DNA of 64,000 nucleotides from positions 118,358,001-118,422,000 of the forward strand of contig OX638149.1 in assembly GCA_951804945.1 (NCBI GenBank). Reading direction: 5' to 3'. Of this stretch, positions 47,786 through 61,514 are shown one piece after another. A program made the translations under genes and the position numbers. This DNA is from Podarcis cretensis. Taxonomy: Eukaryota. Below the pieces are notes generated by a model, which ran no database searches, had not been told where the DNA came from, and was given only the letters and a program-made list of their open reading frames with translations. Within the stretch, counting starts at the first letter, position 1. Every line of letters begins with the position of its first letter.

Positions 47786-50700
47786 GGACTTTTGTCATAT
47801 CCTCCAGGGGAGGCCAGGATTCTTAGGAACAAATGCAACTGACGTTCACCTGCTGGAAAGGCTAGATTCTTTCTAAGGTTCCTCGGACCAGAATAACTTC
47901 CCTGCCTCTAGTTCAGGCAAAGTGTTTAGAAGTTTCCATACTATTTTAAACCAACGTTCTCTCACCCCCACCCCCTCGTATATACATTACTTTAAAATAG
48001 TAAATCTCCCAATGGGGGTGGGTGGGAATTAAGAGGGATTTTCATGTGTGGAGGAAGGGTGTTATTTTACTGCAATGTGTGCAGAAACTCAAAACATAAA
48101 TTAGGTCTCTCGGTTTAACAGGATTACCAACCACTTATGTTGAAAAAGTAGCCACATTCAAATCCTAATTTTACTTTACGTGACACCTTCGGTAATATCG
48201 TGGAATACGGGTTCAGAATTTCGGGCTCTCGCAGTTTTCTAAGATGTTGTTCAAATGGTATAAATATTTTTTAGAAAAAAGTAAAAAATATCGTTCCAAT
48301 CCAAGCGAAATTCTGCTCAGCTTTCCAGAGCAAATGAAGACTCAGATAAGCCAAACGGGACAAAAATTATAGAAACTTTTTCCAAGGGACGGGGAACACA
48401 AAAATAAAAAACACAAGCAAATATTTATGGGGCACGGATTCGGATCACTAAGCCGCCACGAGGCTGCCTTGCAAATCAGGCTCCCTGTTACACTCAAATC
48501 CCCAAAAATGGTAATCTGGAATACTTGAATTATAGACAGTTTAAACACGATCCATGTGGATCATGTGCATTAACGGACATTATTGATTGATTAGACTTTA
48601 ATTTTGATGGAAGTTGCCTTCAGAAAAGTGTGCTTAAAGGCTTGCGTCTGCCGTTTAGTTCAGCTGCTTTAGCTATCAAACTGAATTGAAGCTCCAGTGA
48701 CTTGCATTAGTATCCTAAGTACCTCTCTTGGGGTAGAGTCCTACAACTGCGAGAAGGACTAACATTGTTCTCAGTGTGTCTGGTTTCAATGACACAAGTT
48801 TAGAATACACTTTCCATTCAAGTACTTCCTCTTACCTTGGTTATTGATTCTGTGTGCACTCCTGAAGATAAGGATTTGTTCCGAGAACATATTATTGACA
48901 TTATCACTAAGGTTTCAACTATTGGACATAGATTCTAAATGATGGCCCCCTTTCCTGATCTTCATTTGGATAGTGTGTCCCGACCACTTAACAAAGTAGT
49001 ATTTTGTCCCTTCTGCAAAAAATCCTTCTAGCTGTGGTCCAGGTCCCATGACATCAAAGTTCCAAGCCAAGGTGCTGCTCTCCATATATTTTGGGCTACC
49101 ACTCCCATAAGTCCCAGCCAGCATGGCCAAGGGTCATAGATGATAGGGATTCTTATTCATAACACATTGAGGACACCACATTGGCCACCCCTGTTCTAAA
49201 TGGACACATGGACATCTGAGGTGCTTGATTCCTGCTTTACTCAATGCTCAACTTGTGTCTGGGCTGTACTGCTTTAGAGTCCTAATCACATGGGGGCTCA
49301 AGTGACTGAACATACCTCCATACCCTCCACCCAAAACCTGTGTAGAATGCTAGGACCCAAAAGAAAGTTTGCTACTTTCTGTGATAAGTAGAACAGAGTC
49401 AAATGGTACAGTAGAACTGTGATAAGTAGAAGAGTCAAATGGTACAGTCTGTGAATACAGAGCCAGTAAGATTCATTATCTAATGTACAAGGCTAGCAGC
49501 TGGTTTGTCTCCTGTTTTTGCACACCACAGAGATTGGTCAGTCAGTGTAGGTCTCCCATACAATGCACTGCAAAACACTTTAATTAGCCAAGACATCTTC
49601 CTGCCTGGTGTGCACAGCAGCATTTTGCCAGCTCCCACTCCCCCCATCCCAGTGAAATTACTTAATACCCAAGACCAGCTATGGTTTTTTGGACCTGAAT
49701 CAGGAAACCCCCTTGCAATAACACCCCCTTGCAATAACAGCAATAATGCAAATAATTTAAATAAACACTTTGCTGCACCTTCATGACATCCAAAGCCAGC
49801 TGCCTGAGGCTGCTGCATCATTGTATCCAATGGCAGGCCGGTCCTACCTTCAATGCTAAAATTAGAGGCGCCGGGTTTCAAATCCCTTTGAAACTCACTC
49901 GCTGCCCTAGAATCACCTCTTCCTAAACTCATACTTGTACTGGTTAGTTGTTCCTCGGTGATTAAACAAATGTGCTCTGCACATGTTGAGAGACATTCAG
50001 GTCTTCACATTTTCCTGGCTCATCCCAAAAGCTCTGTTTTCCAGCCCTGGAGACTGGCCTCAAATCAAATGCTTTGTGACTATAAAATAGCATTTAGACG
50101 TGTTTCTGTTTTCTCAAAGTTATAGGAAGCACATCACGAAGCTAGTAAAAAGTTTTGATCCGCAAAAAAAAGAAGAAACAGGAAAAAACATTCATTTTAC
50201 ATTGAGTACCACAACTAAGGAAATGACCTGCCATTTTTTAAGTGGTCATCAAAGATAGCATAGGCTTCACTGGTGACGATATGCACCTAGAAGGGAAATG
50301 AGCATAGAAAATCAGATTAGGAGCGGAGGGGTCCAGTTCACAGGTGCAAAGCCTTCTTTAACAGGCAGGAAGAAATACGGTCAGAAATAGATCCCCCCGT
50401 GTGTGTCCCCCCCCCCCTTTTCTTCTTCTTCTGTACAAACTTTGCACTAAATCAAAATAAACTCGTACTGGACCGTGATCAAAATGCCAGCACAGATTAC
50501 TTGGTTATTTCTCAAAACGAGAAGTACAGAAGAAGTCGGTTTCAGCTCCTTGGCACTAGCCCATACAATTTAGGATAAATGCATCCACTGGAAATTGGCA
50601 AGGGGTTTAATGCCCCGAAACCACAGAAAGGAGGAAATAAGGCAAATGAGCTGTAGGAGGAGATGACGTGGCCTTTCATTAAATGTGGTCAAGGATACAT

Positions 50701-51807
50701 CAGCAGAGAGGGAAAACGGGGAGCGTTCTCAGGTGAAAAATTAGAAGTTTGCAAAATGGCTCGGTTCAAAGCGGGTTAGTGCTATGCGGAGCCTTCAAAA
50801 GTCCTGGCGTGCAAAGGAGAGAATAACTTCGCTTTTATCCCGATTCTCTGCAAGGAAGCAGAACAGAAGCCCCTCACCCCCGGATATGAACACAGTAAGA
50901 TCGAGTCAAACTCAAGCCAATAACTTGCATTTAATGTAAACAGGACTCAAAGTAAGAACTCTTATTCAAGAGATTGATACATTTATTTACCACTCGGTAG
51001 CTCCATCCCGAATACATTTCACCTGGAAAATAAGTCCTTTGGTTTTAACTGCCGTCAGAAACCTGGGGTTTTGCACCTCAGAACCTGCTCTTCTTTTGCG
51101 AGCGGTGGGTGGCAAACAGGGGTTGTAGCCAACTAAGTCATACTCCGAGTAGAACCACTGAAGTCAATGCTCTTAACTTACTTTAATGATGTGATTTCAA
51201 ACCGTCTATTCTTGGGATATCACCCCAGATCCAAAGTGTGCATTCATAGCACCATAGAATTGAAGAATTGGAGGGGACCACGAGGGTCATCTAGTACAAC
51301 TACCTGCAAAGCAGGACTTGTTTTTGCCCAGCGTGGTGTTTAAACCCATGACTTTGAGATCCTTTGCTGACGAACTTCTACAGCTGCAAAGAGGGATGAG
51401 TTGAGTGAAAGTCCTACTGAAGCGTCGTTTGCTTTTTTTTTTGCCCTTTGTAGGACCTGATTTCACCTCAGGTAGCTGTCATTCCCCTGATTTAAATTCT
51501 ACAATCTGATTTCATCAGCTATACACATTCGCCTCAAAAACGTGAGCTGCCACCCTAATCTTAGCTACTAAGAAGTAAACTCGATGGGTTTCAATTCTTA
51601 GGATGGTGACCCACGACAGGAATGATATGGGAATAGGTTCATTTGGGGAAGTTGGGTTAGCCTCTGGTTGAACGTGCATGGCTGATCGGGCAGGATTCTG
51701 TAGCCAGAAGAAGGAGACAGGTAACCATTCTTCATTGGAAAATATTAGGCAGGTTTGGGGCTTCACAGAGCTCTTTCTCATTCCAAGAACTTTTGATAAG
51801 AAGGCAG

Positions 51808-52350
51808 CATAAGAGACATAAGAACATAATGCAAGTCTGTTGGATCAGGTCAATTGGCCCATCTAGTCCAGCATCTTGTTCTCAAGGTGGCCAACAAGAT
51901 GCATGTGGGAAACCAGCAAACAGGATTAGAGCATGAGAGCACATTGCCCACCTGCAATTCCAAGCAACTGATATTCAGAAGAACCCATATACAAAAGCCC
52001 TGTACAGTATAGAGCAGGCATAGGCAAACTCCGGCCCTCCAGATGTTTGGGACTACAATTCCCATCACCCCTAGCTAACAGGACCAGTGATCAGGGATGA
52101 TGGGAATTGTAGTCCCAAACATCTGGAGGGCCAGAGTTTGCCTATGCCTGGTATAGGGAAGCTTTTTAAGGTTTAATGCTTTACTATGTTTTTATATAAG
52201 CTGGAAACCACCCGGAGTGGATGGGGTAAACCAGTCAGATGGGCGTGGTACAAATAATAAATTATGATGATGATTCCTCTGACAGTGAAGGCAGTGACCA
52301 GTAACCGTTGACAACCTTCTCCTTCATGAATTTGTCTAAGCCTCTTTTAA
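51808..52350 (-). mobile_element. CR1-type 3' end interrupted by a hAT MITE and an L2-like tail
   Basis: CATAAGAACATAA...GGCCCATCTAGTCCAGCATC host resumes at about 52274; nested inserts at 52015-52150 and about 52160-52273 (ending in (ATG)n). Confidence 0.6.
52015..52150. mobile_element. Foldback hAT MITE, family C-related
   Basis: CAGGCATAGGCAAACTC...GAGTTTGCCTATGCCTG; TSD gtatagag/gtataggg. Confidence 0.85.
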
Positions 52351-52370
52351 CCTCATAACTTCAAAATGTA

Positions 52371-52633
52371 CAGTGGTACCTCAGGGTTAAGAACTTAATT
52401 CGTTCTGGAGGTCTGTTCTTAACCTGAAACTGTTCTTAACCTGAAGCACCACTTTAGCTAATGGGGCCTCCCGCTGCTGCTGCTGTGCTGCCGCTGTACG
52501 ATTTCTGTTCTCATCCTGAAGCAAACTTCATCCTGAAGCAAAGTTCTTAACCCGAGGTGATATTTCTGGGTTAGCGGAGTCTGTAACCTGAAGCATATGT
52601 AACCTGAAGGGTATGTAACCCGAGGTCCCACTG
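52371..52633 (-). mobile_element. Tc1/mariner-superfamily MITE, same family as 4553 in opposite orientation
   Basis: TA-CAGTGGTACCTC...GAGGTCCCACTG-TA. Confidence 0.85.
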
Positions 52634-53021
52634 TAGTGTATTTGACCAACAAGAATTTGTTTTGATCACCCAGTCACATGGGAAGGAACCTTGCATTTCT
52701 TCAGGATACTGAAGAATCATGTCTTGACTGTGGTGGCCATTCATGTTGATCAAGACCACTTTCTCAGGACAAATGAACTGCACTGCTCAATTAGACTAAG
52801 GTGTTCTGTTTCCAACAGTGACCAGGCTATGAAAACTCATAACCAAGGGATTAAAATCTTGGCATGTCTCATAGGCACCTGGTCCAACACCTGGTACTCA
52901 GAAGGATGCTGTTTGAACATGGAGAGTTTCACATAGCTAGTAAGATAGCTGTGCAATGCCTACCCAACTAAATGAAGAGAGAAAGCCAACTTAGTGTGAG
53001 ATGTGACATTTTAAAGATCTA

Positions 53022-54385
53022 GGGGCTGCAGTCCTATGCACCCTGAAGTAAGCCCCATTGAACTCAGTCTAGCTTACTTCTGAGTAGACACAGGAAGGCA
53101 GGAAGCTGCTTTATATTGAGTCATTCCAGTGATCCACCTAGCTCAGTATTGTGTACACTGCCTGGGAGTGGCAGAGGACATTCCTAGCCCTTCTTGGAGA
53201 TGCCAAGGATCTTCTGGGTGCAAAGCAGATGTTCTGCCACTGAGCCATAGCCTTTCCCTGTGTATAGTATTGTGTTGTATAAGTTTGTGTTATGAAGGCA
53301 GGTGCTCTGACTCAGGAAAGAAGAAGATGGCACCATGGATGGAGACCACAAGTGTGAAGAGGAGGGCAGTGCATATCTATTGCACATGCCAATGGGAGAC
53401 AGGGAGACAGAGAAACGGGGGGGGGGGGGAGAGAGAGAGAGAGATGGTTGTGTGGCACAGAAGGTCAATCTAGGCCAAGTACTTGTGTCATGACTGTGGA
53501 AGGTGAACCTTGAAAGTGTCCAGTGAATGAGGTTGGGAGTTGTGGGGGTAGGGAAGGCAGACAGAAAGAAAAAGCTAGACATGCAATTTGCTTTTATCAC
53601 CTACAATTGGGAAGACTACAAGCCAATGGACTGGATGCTTTCAGCCCTGTTAGAACTAAGAGACTTTTGAGAGGAATGGCTACCATTTTAGGGGCCATCA
53701 GAGATCAAAGGGAAAGCAAAGGAAGCAGGAGAAGAACAACATCAAAGATCAGACAGATGATGGTCCCCTGAAGTAACTAGCTGTGACCACTTGTTTGCTA
53801 TGGTACAAAAGGCTGTCTATACAGCCCCATAAACAGGGACTGCACTTGAGGGTGAGGAGGCTGGCTGATGGTATTTTAAATGGCACTGGTCTGTGGGAGA
53901 CCCGGGGAGTGTAGTGAGATGATTATGGGCCATTTCAACTGTGGTTTTTAATAGGTAGCTGTAATATGTCTTTTGTCTGGTCTAAAGAGGTCTGGCTGGC
54001 TGGCTGCACCCACAGGTATGTGCATAAGACTGAAAAGAAGGGGTGGAATATGAGCACTACTTGTGGGGCAGTCCTGTGCACCCTTGAATTCATTGGGATT
54101 TACTTTCAACTGAACATAGAAAGGATCAGGCTGTGAAGTGCATGAAGGCCTAGCAGATGAACAAATATGTAGCCCTCCACTGACCTCAATAGCTTGCCTT
54201 GGTAGATCTAGCCTTAAGATCTCAACTCTGACTGATCCTATCATCGTTACTCAAAAGTAACTTTCATTGGGATCTACTCTCAGTGCAGTGTATGTAGGAT
54301 TGTAGCCTTCCAGCTCAGTCTTGCAAACTCAGTGAGATTTAGGCTGCAATCCTATTCCCATTTACTTGAGAGTAAGACCCTCTGA
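53022..54385. repeat. Further copies of the short foldback family with SINE fragments
   Basis: GGCTGCAGTCCTATGCAC...GTAAGCCCCATTGAACTC...TTACTTCTGAGTAGAC at about 53024; others at about 54070, 54235 and 54340. Confidence 0.6.
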
Positions 54386-54489
54386 GCTAACTATTACTCA
54401 CTTCTGGATAAAATGGACAGAGGAAGGGGACCAGGATAAACATGTGTAAGATTGCCCTGTTAATAATACAACTTCCTTGAGTAGAGTGC

Positions 54490-55284
54490 AGCTGGCTTCC
54501 AGTTTCAAATGTTGGCTCAGAACTAGCCAAGTGAAATTCAACAGAGATTGAAGTAAAGTCCTGTATTTGTGTACCAAGAATGAAAGACACAAATATAGGA
54601 TCGAAGCAGCCTGCCTTGGCAGCAGTACATAGGGAAAGGATCAATAAAGGATCAATAAGTTGATCATAAGCTAAACATAAGCAGTATGATGCAGCTGCTA
54701 AAAAAAAAAGCCAAACACCTAAATGCAATATTAGGATATTTTAAAAGAAGCATAATGTCCTGATAAAAGAAAAGCAATAGTTCCACTATATTCCATGCTG
54801 GTCAGGCTACAACTGGAGTACTGACAAAATGGAGCATGGACAGAGGAAGGGGACCAGGATGGTGAGTAGCATGGTATCCAAGTCTCATGAGGAACCATAA
54901 GAGAAGTTGCCTAGTTTTAGTCCGGAGAAAAGAGAATTAATGATCACAGCCTTCAAGTATCTGAAGGACTGTCATGCAGAGGAAGATGGAGCAGGCCTGT
55001 CCTCTGTTGGTCCAGAGGGCCAGACTAGAACTCATGGGTGGAAATGGCAAGGAAGTAGTCTTTATCTAAACATTAAGAGAGAATGGCAAGTGCTGTTCAA
55101 GAGTGCAATGGGCTGCCTCCAGAGGTGGTAGCATCTGGGGTAGCCCCTGCTGGAGGTCTTTGAGTAGAGGGTGGACTGCCATCTGGCAGGGATCCTGTCA
55201 ATGAATCCTGCACTGCAGATACTGCACTGACCAGGAGACTGGACTGGATCACTTCAATATTCCCTTCCAATATTATGGTTCTAT
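54490..55284 (+). mobile_element. Degenerate CR1 LINE 3' portion
   Basis: Residual ORF2 C-terminal peptide FSPEKRELMITAFKYLKDCH...EGQTRTHGWK and CTGGACTGGAT...TCCCTTCCAA...TGGTTCTAT end. Confidence 0.85.
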
Positions 55285-55491
55285 CAGGGTCAAGAAATGT
55301 AGAGCGTTCAGAAACTATTTAGGCTCCTCCCCTTCCCTAAAACGGTTGTAGCTTGCTTTCCAGAATGCTGAGAGTCAAGAGAATCAAGAGTGCCTTAGCT
55401 CTCGTGAAATTACATGTGAAATTGTTAAACGTGTAGTTTAAGCATAAGATTACATTAGCCAAGTATAGGGACTGTTGTTGTATTATTATTA

Positions 55492-55527
<36 letters not shown>

Positions 55528-58500
55528 TCATTTGATCTCTTGTGACAATTGCATGGGGAGGGCAAGAAAGTGTCGCAGAGAGCTAGAATTTCGTGATCTC
55601 TTTCTTCCTCGAACCTGCTTGCGCGGGGAGGGTTAAGAGAGGCTTTCTGGGCTGCCCTTGCAGATTGAGGGTCCCTGCCATGTAACAGACCAGCAGAGTC
55701 ACTGCAGCCGCTCTCTGGCTGAGGGCAGGTCTTAAGATGCACAGGGCTGCGAGGCTTGTCCTACAGCGCCTTCTCCTGGACGAGCGGCCAGACGACAAAG
55801 TGACTCTTCACATCACAGGGGCTGGTGGGCGGGGAGGGGGAGGGAGGAGAGGGGCAGGGTCTCCATGTGACATCTGCTCCCAAATCAGAGAGAAGAGGAT
55901 TAGGGAGAGAGGGAGAGAAAAGGAAATTAGAAGGAGTAGGGAATCCCTTCTGGGAAATAACGACAAGGATGAACCGCACCTTTGTGGCACCCCTCGACTC
56001 AAATATCAGGTGTGCAGAAGGCCTTCTGATTACTGTATAGATGGTGTCCCTTCAGACTCTGAAAGGTTCCTACCATGCTGAGCGCAGTCATGCGAGTGCG
56101 CGCGCGTTTGCACAGCTGCAGACTTCACTCTCAAGGGATCTCCTTACATAAAGCACGTATACGTAATATTAAACAGTGTTCTGATGTTGAAGGAGGGGAG
56201 GCATCCCGCCTTAAGTCAGTATTAAAAGAGCTATTTATTTAACTGCTGAAACTGAAAGGCACGCCCGCCCCCACCGCCTCTGAATATGTTTGCTGGACAG
56301 GAAACGCGGAGCTGAGCTGTTTTGTTCTTGGCCCAGGCTGAGGGTCTGAGAAAAGCAGCTGAGAATATGTGGAGGTTGTTTAAAGGGACGGGAGAAAAGG
56401 AAGCTGGCAGTGTGGACGGAGATCTGAACTGCATGGGGGAGACTGCGCTAGCCAGGGTGTTCTGCGTTCAGCACAGGAATGCAGAGGGACACAATAAAAA
56501 GGAACATAACGAGCGACTAGCAAACAGGAAGGCAGAGTAGGCTGGCAACGTTTCAAAGGCAAAACGAGCCTCTGACACCACTCAAGGCGAGACCCCAGAC
56601 TCTTAACATCCTTCCTGATCCTTGGCTGGTTCTTTGAGCAGAACCATTGGCCTCAATAGCAATGCGTCCAGGCACGGTCGGTGACTAACAATGTGGGAGT
56701 TCTCTGTTCTGCTCAGAGTGAAGAGAGGCCTGTTGCTTGGCCAGTCGGCCAGGCAGAGACAACAAACCAGTTGTCAAACAACCAACAAGCCAGCATGGAT
56801 GGCCCATTTTCTCTTTCTAGCTAAAGATCTAGTAAAATCGGTCTGGCATCCAGGAGTTTTAACCCAGGCCTAGCCTTGTGCCGGATTGTGGCTAAGGGCT
56901 GCTCCATGAAACCCGGTGACTGCAGCCTGGAAGCCACATGGATTTTAAAAGAACTGCGCCGACCTTGTTCTTAACCCCACATAGTTCCTGCCTCCACGTC
57001 AGGTCTACGTCTTCCTGGTGGTGCTTTGAAACGGTCCAACATAAAAAAAGGTCTCCGATTCTTCTTCTTCTTAAATCTCAAAGCTCGACTGATGCATTCC
57101 CAAAGCGCAGATTGCTATCAGTTTGGAAGAACTGGTGACTATCCTGGGAGCCAACCCAAACCCGCAACTCTACCTTGATACAGCTAACCATTTTTTCATT
57201 TTCATTTCATTTTTTCATTTTTATGTCTGCAAACAAGAGAAAACCGGAGGGCAATAATGTTCTCCATAGAAAGCTTTAGCTATCGCCACAAAGAGCTCTA
57301 AAACAATGCGTTGCTTTTCCTTCTCCTTAAAGTGCTTGGACCCTCCTCTCACTTCCACCTTTTTTTATTTAATGAAAGCCCCTCAACCCGTTTTTCCCCT
57401 TCCCATGCTGAGATCATGCAAGTGTTTGTGTCCTCCCCACGCACCCCCCCTCAAGCACTTTAACTCACACATGTTTCATGTTTGCTGCCCTCAGCTTCCT
57501 ACTTGGAAGATTTTGAAAGGGGAGATTTTCTCCCTCGCATCCAATTAAACTATACTTCCTCTTTAGGAAAAAGCAGGTTTTCAAAAGCCACTCGGAGTAA
57601 GGATTTTTAGGGAGATATTTATCCCCAATGTGGTGTTATTTTCTGTCTTAAGCTCTGTCCCACTGACCAAATGAACTGTTTATGGCGATTCCTTTTTCCT
57701 CTCCCCCTCACCACCCCACACTCACTTCCTGTTTTTTAGCTCTTAACACTAGCAGTAGCAGCATTCAGTGCCGCAATGCAGTAGAGCTGTAAATACCTTT
57801 AACAGCTGCCTGCCAACCAAAGAGTGAAATACTGTCTTTGTTCGGATTCTCTCTCCCACCCCCAGCTCCAAGCACTCATACAGAAGCCCCTGCGAAATAT
57901 AGTTCACTGGTGTGTGTGTGGGTGTACACACCACGATTAGATTTTTAAAGCTTTGGGTGAATGGGTATTTAAGGGCACTGAACCCACCACCAATGTACAA
58001 AAGATCTAGGCAACATATGAACGAGTGGGTTCTTCTTCACTAAGAACATGACCATTTCTGGGATTATTTTTCCTTAAACAAATTATTGCCTTGTTCTGCG
58101 TTTTCAGCTAGAAGTGATTAAACTATCCACGTTTGACCACTGGATGAATTCTCCTTTCTTGAGGGGGTCCTAACGTGTCCATTTATGAACTCTCTCCTTT
58201 TTTTAGGGGGAAATGAAATGAGCAGCCCCAAATACAATACCCCCCCAATCAATTTTATTTCAGTGAGCTTGGAGGCAAACTCTCATAAAACTCAGTGGAA
58301 TTCACAATGGTAGGGTGGTCGAGCCTAAAGCTGTATGCCTAAAATTGCGGTTTAAGGTGGAAAAATGCGCTGAAATCAGTGCCCCTTTCTTCCAATGAAT
58401 CGAATGCATTTAGAATCAAGAATCTGGGTATTCAGCACCAAGCACTCTCGCACTTTAAGTCGAAGAACATGAATATATTCTGCAAAAAGAACAGTCATCC

Positions 58501-59204
58501 AGCATACGTGATTTGGTTTTGTTTTATTTTATTTCTTTAAATCCACGTACTTTGTATTGGGTTACGGATCTACGATGGGTTAAATCTTACGGTTAAAAAA
58601 AAAGATGCGGAAATTAAGATTTCAAGAATGCAAAGGCAAACAAACCAATCAACAATGTGTCTCCAACATAGCTATAATAAATGCAGTCTAACTGGGAGGG
58701 AGGGAAAGAGAGAAGCAATATACCAGAGAGGAAAGTGGGCGGACTTATATATGCACACATGATTTTTTTTATTTAGGATGGTTTGCGACTTTCTGCTATA
58801 AACTGTAGCCATTAAACTGTAATCAACAATCACCTTGCAAGATTGTGATGGTATTTTACTCCCACCCAGCACCCAGCCCAATAACTTTCCCTAGACTGAT
58901 TGCTAGAAAACCAGAACTCCACATTCTGTAGACTTGATCGAAAAAGAGGGGAAACCGGATTCGAGTGATTCAGTGTTGACTTCCAACAAGTCGCAAAAAG
59001 GATATACGAAGTAGTCATTCTTTACAGAATAAAATTTGAGTGCATTACCAAGATTGAAATTTATTCCTATCACCGATAAGTTATTTTAAATTGTGGGGTG
59101 ATCAAATATTTATGCATAGTAGTACGGCCTTTAAACAAAACTGATGTATAAGCAACATTACATTAATATATTTAATGCATGTATAAATCACATTATGCAA
59201 ACCA

Positions 59205-59350
59205 NNNNNNNNNNNNNNNNNNNNNNNNNNNNNNNNNNNNNNNNNNNNNNNNNNNNNNNNNNNNNNNNNNNNNNNNNNNNNNNNNNNNNNNNNNNNNNNN
59301 NNNNNNNNNNNNNNNNNNNNNNNNNNNNNNNNNNNNNNNNNNNNNNNNNN
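59205..59350. other. Assembly gap (146 N)
   Basis: Run of N. Confidence 1.
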
Positions 59351-61514
59351 GATAATCGACCTTTTTTTAAAAAAATGATTTGTCTAGACCGGACAACAGC
59401 TCTGCTTTAAAAATAAATAAATAAATGAGGTGATGATTCAGCGTAACATTTTAAATAGAAATAAAGACGCCTAAGGCTACATAGCAACAACAGCAAAGTT
59501 ATAGGGGAAATATATTAGATATTTGTATCCAGGCTGCAATATTATGCCATATTTACTTAACAATTAATTCCCACTGTAAGGAATTTATTCACTGCCAATT
59601 AAACATGGATAAGATTGGACTGTCTTGAGCTATATGGATTATTCCCCTTCCCATAATTGTTGCTATGAAAATAAACGTATTGAATCCTCATGTCACCCCG
59701 CTCACAGCCAGAAAGACAGACAGATAATCTCCCTTGGTTCAATTAGGCCTGATCGATATAAAATATATTTTTGAAAATGTCTGAGCACCACGGTGATGTC
59801 ATCCTCCCTCTAGACCACAATAATCCGCAACGCCTTTACTCCAGAAGTCGCTGTCTTGCTACATAAGAGTAAGTACCTGCTACGTTGCAGACATATTGGT
59901 GTCTGCTTAAACCTTCCACGCGTTAGCTACCGTGGAACACGCCACATGCCTCTTGCTCTTTCTGACAATGCACACTAGGAAGTGTTTTGACCGCCCTAGA
60001 AAAAACCATCTAGCCGCTGCTCGATCCATTCCAAAACTGTTATATATATCCGACAGTATGACACAAACATTCCTTGCCATCCCTCCCGCAAGATACAGTT
60101 TTAACAATCCCCTGATGTTTTCACGACTGCAAACATTTGGCCTTCGCTTTGCAAGACAGGGTCTTGTTTTCTGTTTAGGATTTCCCCCCCCCTCCTCCTC
60201 CCCGCCCTCCCAGTCATCTTGGTAGGATTAATTGGATGAAAAGTTGGACTCCCCAGCACAGAAGAAACCACAGATCGTAAGCCAGTTTCCCTGCAGCAAA
60301 TCTGGTCGTAGGAGCGCTCAGCTTTGCTCATTATTAGTGACTCGGATGGACACACACACACACACACACACACACAAATACACACACCTGTTGATAATGA
60401 AAGCCATGCGGATGGAATCCTGCTGTTAAGAAAAACCACTAAAGGGGGGGGACACGAGGCAGGACATCTCGGTCCAAATAGTTTTGCTAGTAGTTTTTGT
60501 TTGGGAATATTTTTTTAATTCTGCTTCGGCAGTTTCTCTTGCTTCCAAACCTACTCTTGCCTCCCCAACCTCAGAGGCATTCAATTCCACTAGCGAGCTA
60601 CGCTAGTGGGGCGGGGAGTGCCTATCTCAGCCTTGTTCTCCGTGGCATGGAAGCCTCAAAAGCCAGGCAGGTGGCAGCAGAAGGCGGCGAAGCGCTTCCA
60701 AGCCTAACCCACCGCACCACCTCGCCTCTGTTGCCTCAGCTTGGGCGAAGAAAAAAACCACAGGCGCTTTCAGTGATGGTGGTGATGGTGATGGGCGCCC
60801 GCCTTGCCCACTTTCTTTTATGACTTACGGAGTCATTCTCCGGCGCCTGAGCGAAAGTAGGAAGCCCTGCAGCGATGCAGACGAGTCAGGAATAAAATGG
60901 GGGGAAGGAGGAGGAGGAGGAGGTGGTGGTGGTGGAAAACGAGAGCTGAAAAATCCCTTACCCGTTCCTTGCCCCGGTAGAAGGGCGTGGAGCCCAGCCG
61001 CATCCCTGTAATCCATTAGGGGTCGCGTTCGGTAGCAATCCGAGTCCCATCCCGATCGGAAAAGCCAAAGGAGGCAGGCAAGGCAGGCAGGCAGGCAGGT
61101 AGGGCTGGGAGGAAAAAGAGCTCGCTAGATAAACAAGCTGCCTTGCTGGCAAAGACAAGGGAGCTCTGCCCCCCCCTCCCAGTCCCTCCCCGCCCACCCT
61201 AACCCTTCACCGCACTCCGCGTCTCTGCTATGACTGGAAACTGGCAGGGTAGCAGCGGAGGAGGGTGGGCGTTTGCGTGTGTGTGTGTGCGCGCGCGTGT
61301 GTGTGCGAGCGCGTGTTGTTTTTAAAACCCTTGGACCGGACTGGATCGGTACTCAAACATCATAGCGAGCGCAATGCACCTTATCGGAGACAAAGGTTAG
61401 AAAAAGAAGGGTTGAGGCTGTGGGAAAGACAGAATGCAAAAAAAGCGGGGGGGGGGGGATTCGCCGGGGAAATCAGGAAGGGAAAAGGCGGGGGAAGGCC
61501 GTGAAAGCCATCAG

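Noticed and set aside
54907-55131. 74-aa ORF as a host gene
   Set aside because: Decayed CR1 ORF2 C-terminus.
56840-56862. TCC TGG ATG as a Hox6 hexapeptide remnant
   Set aside because: Match of only about 8 nt with no supporting flanks; HoxD6 is not known in jawed vertebrates.
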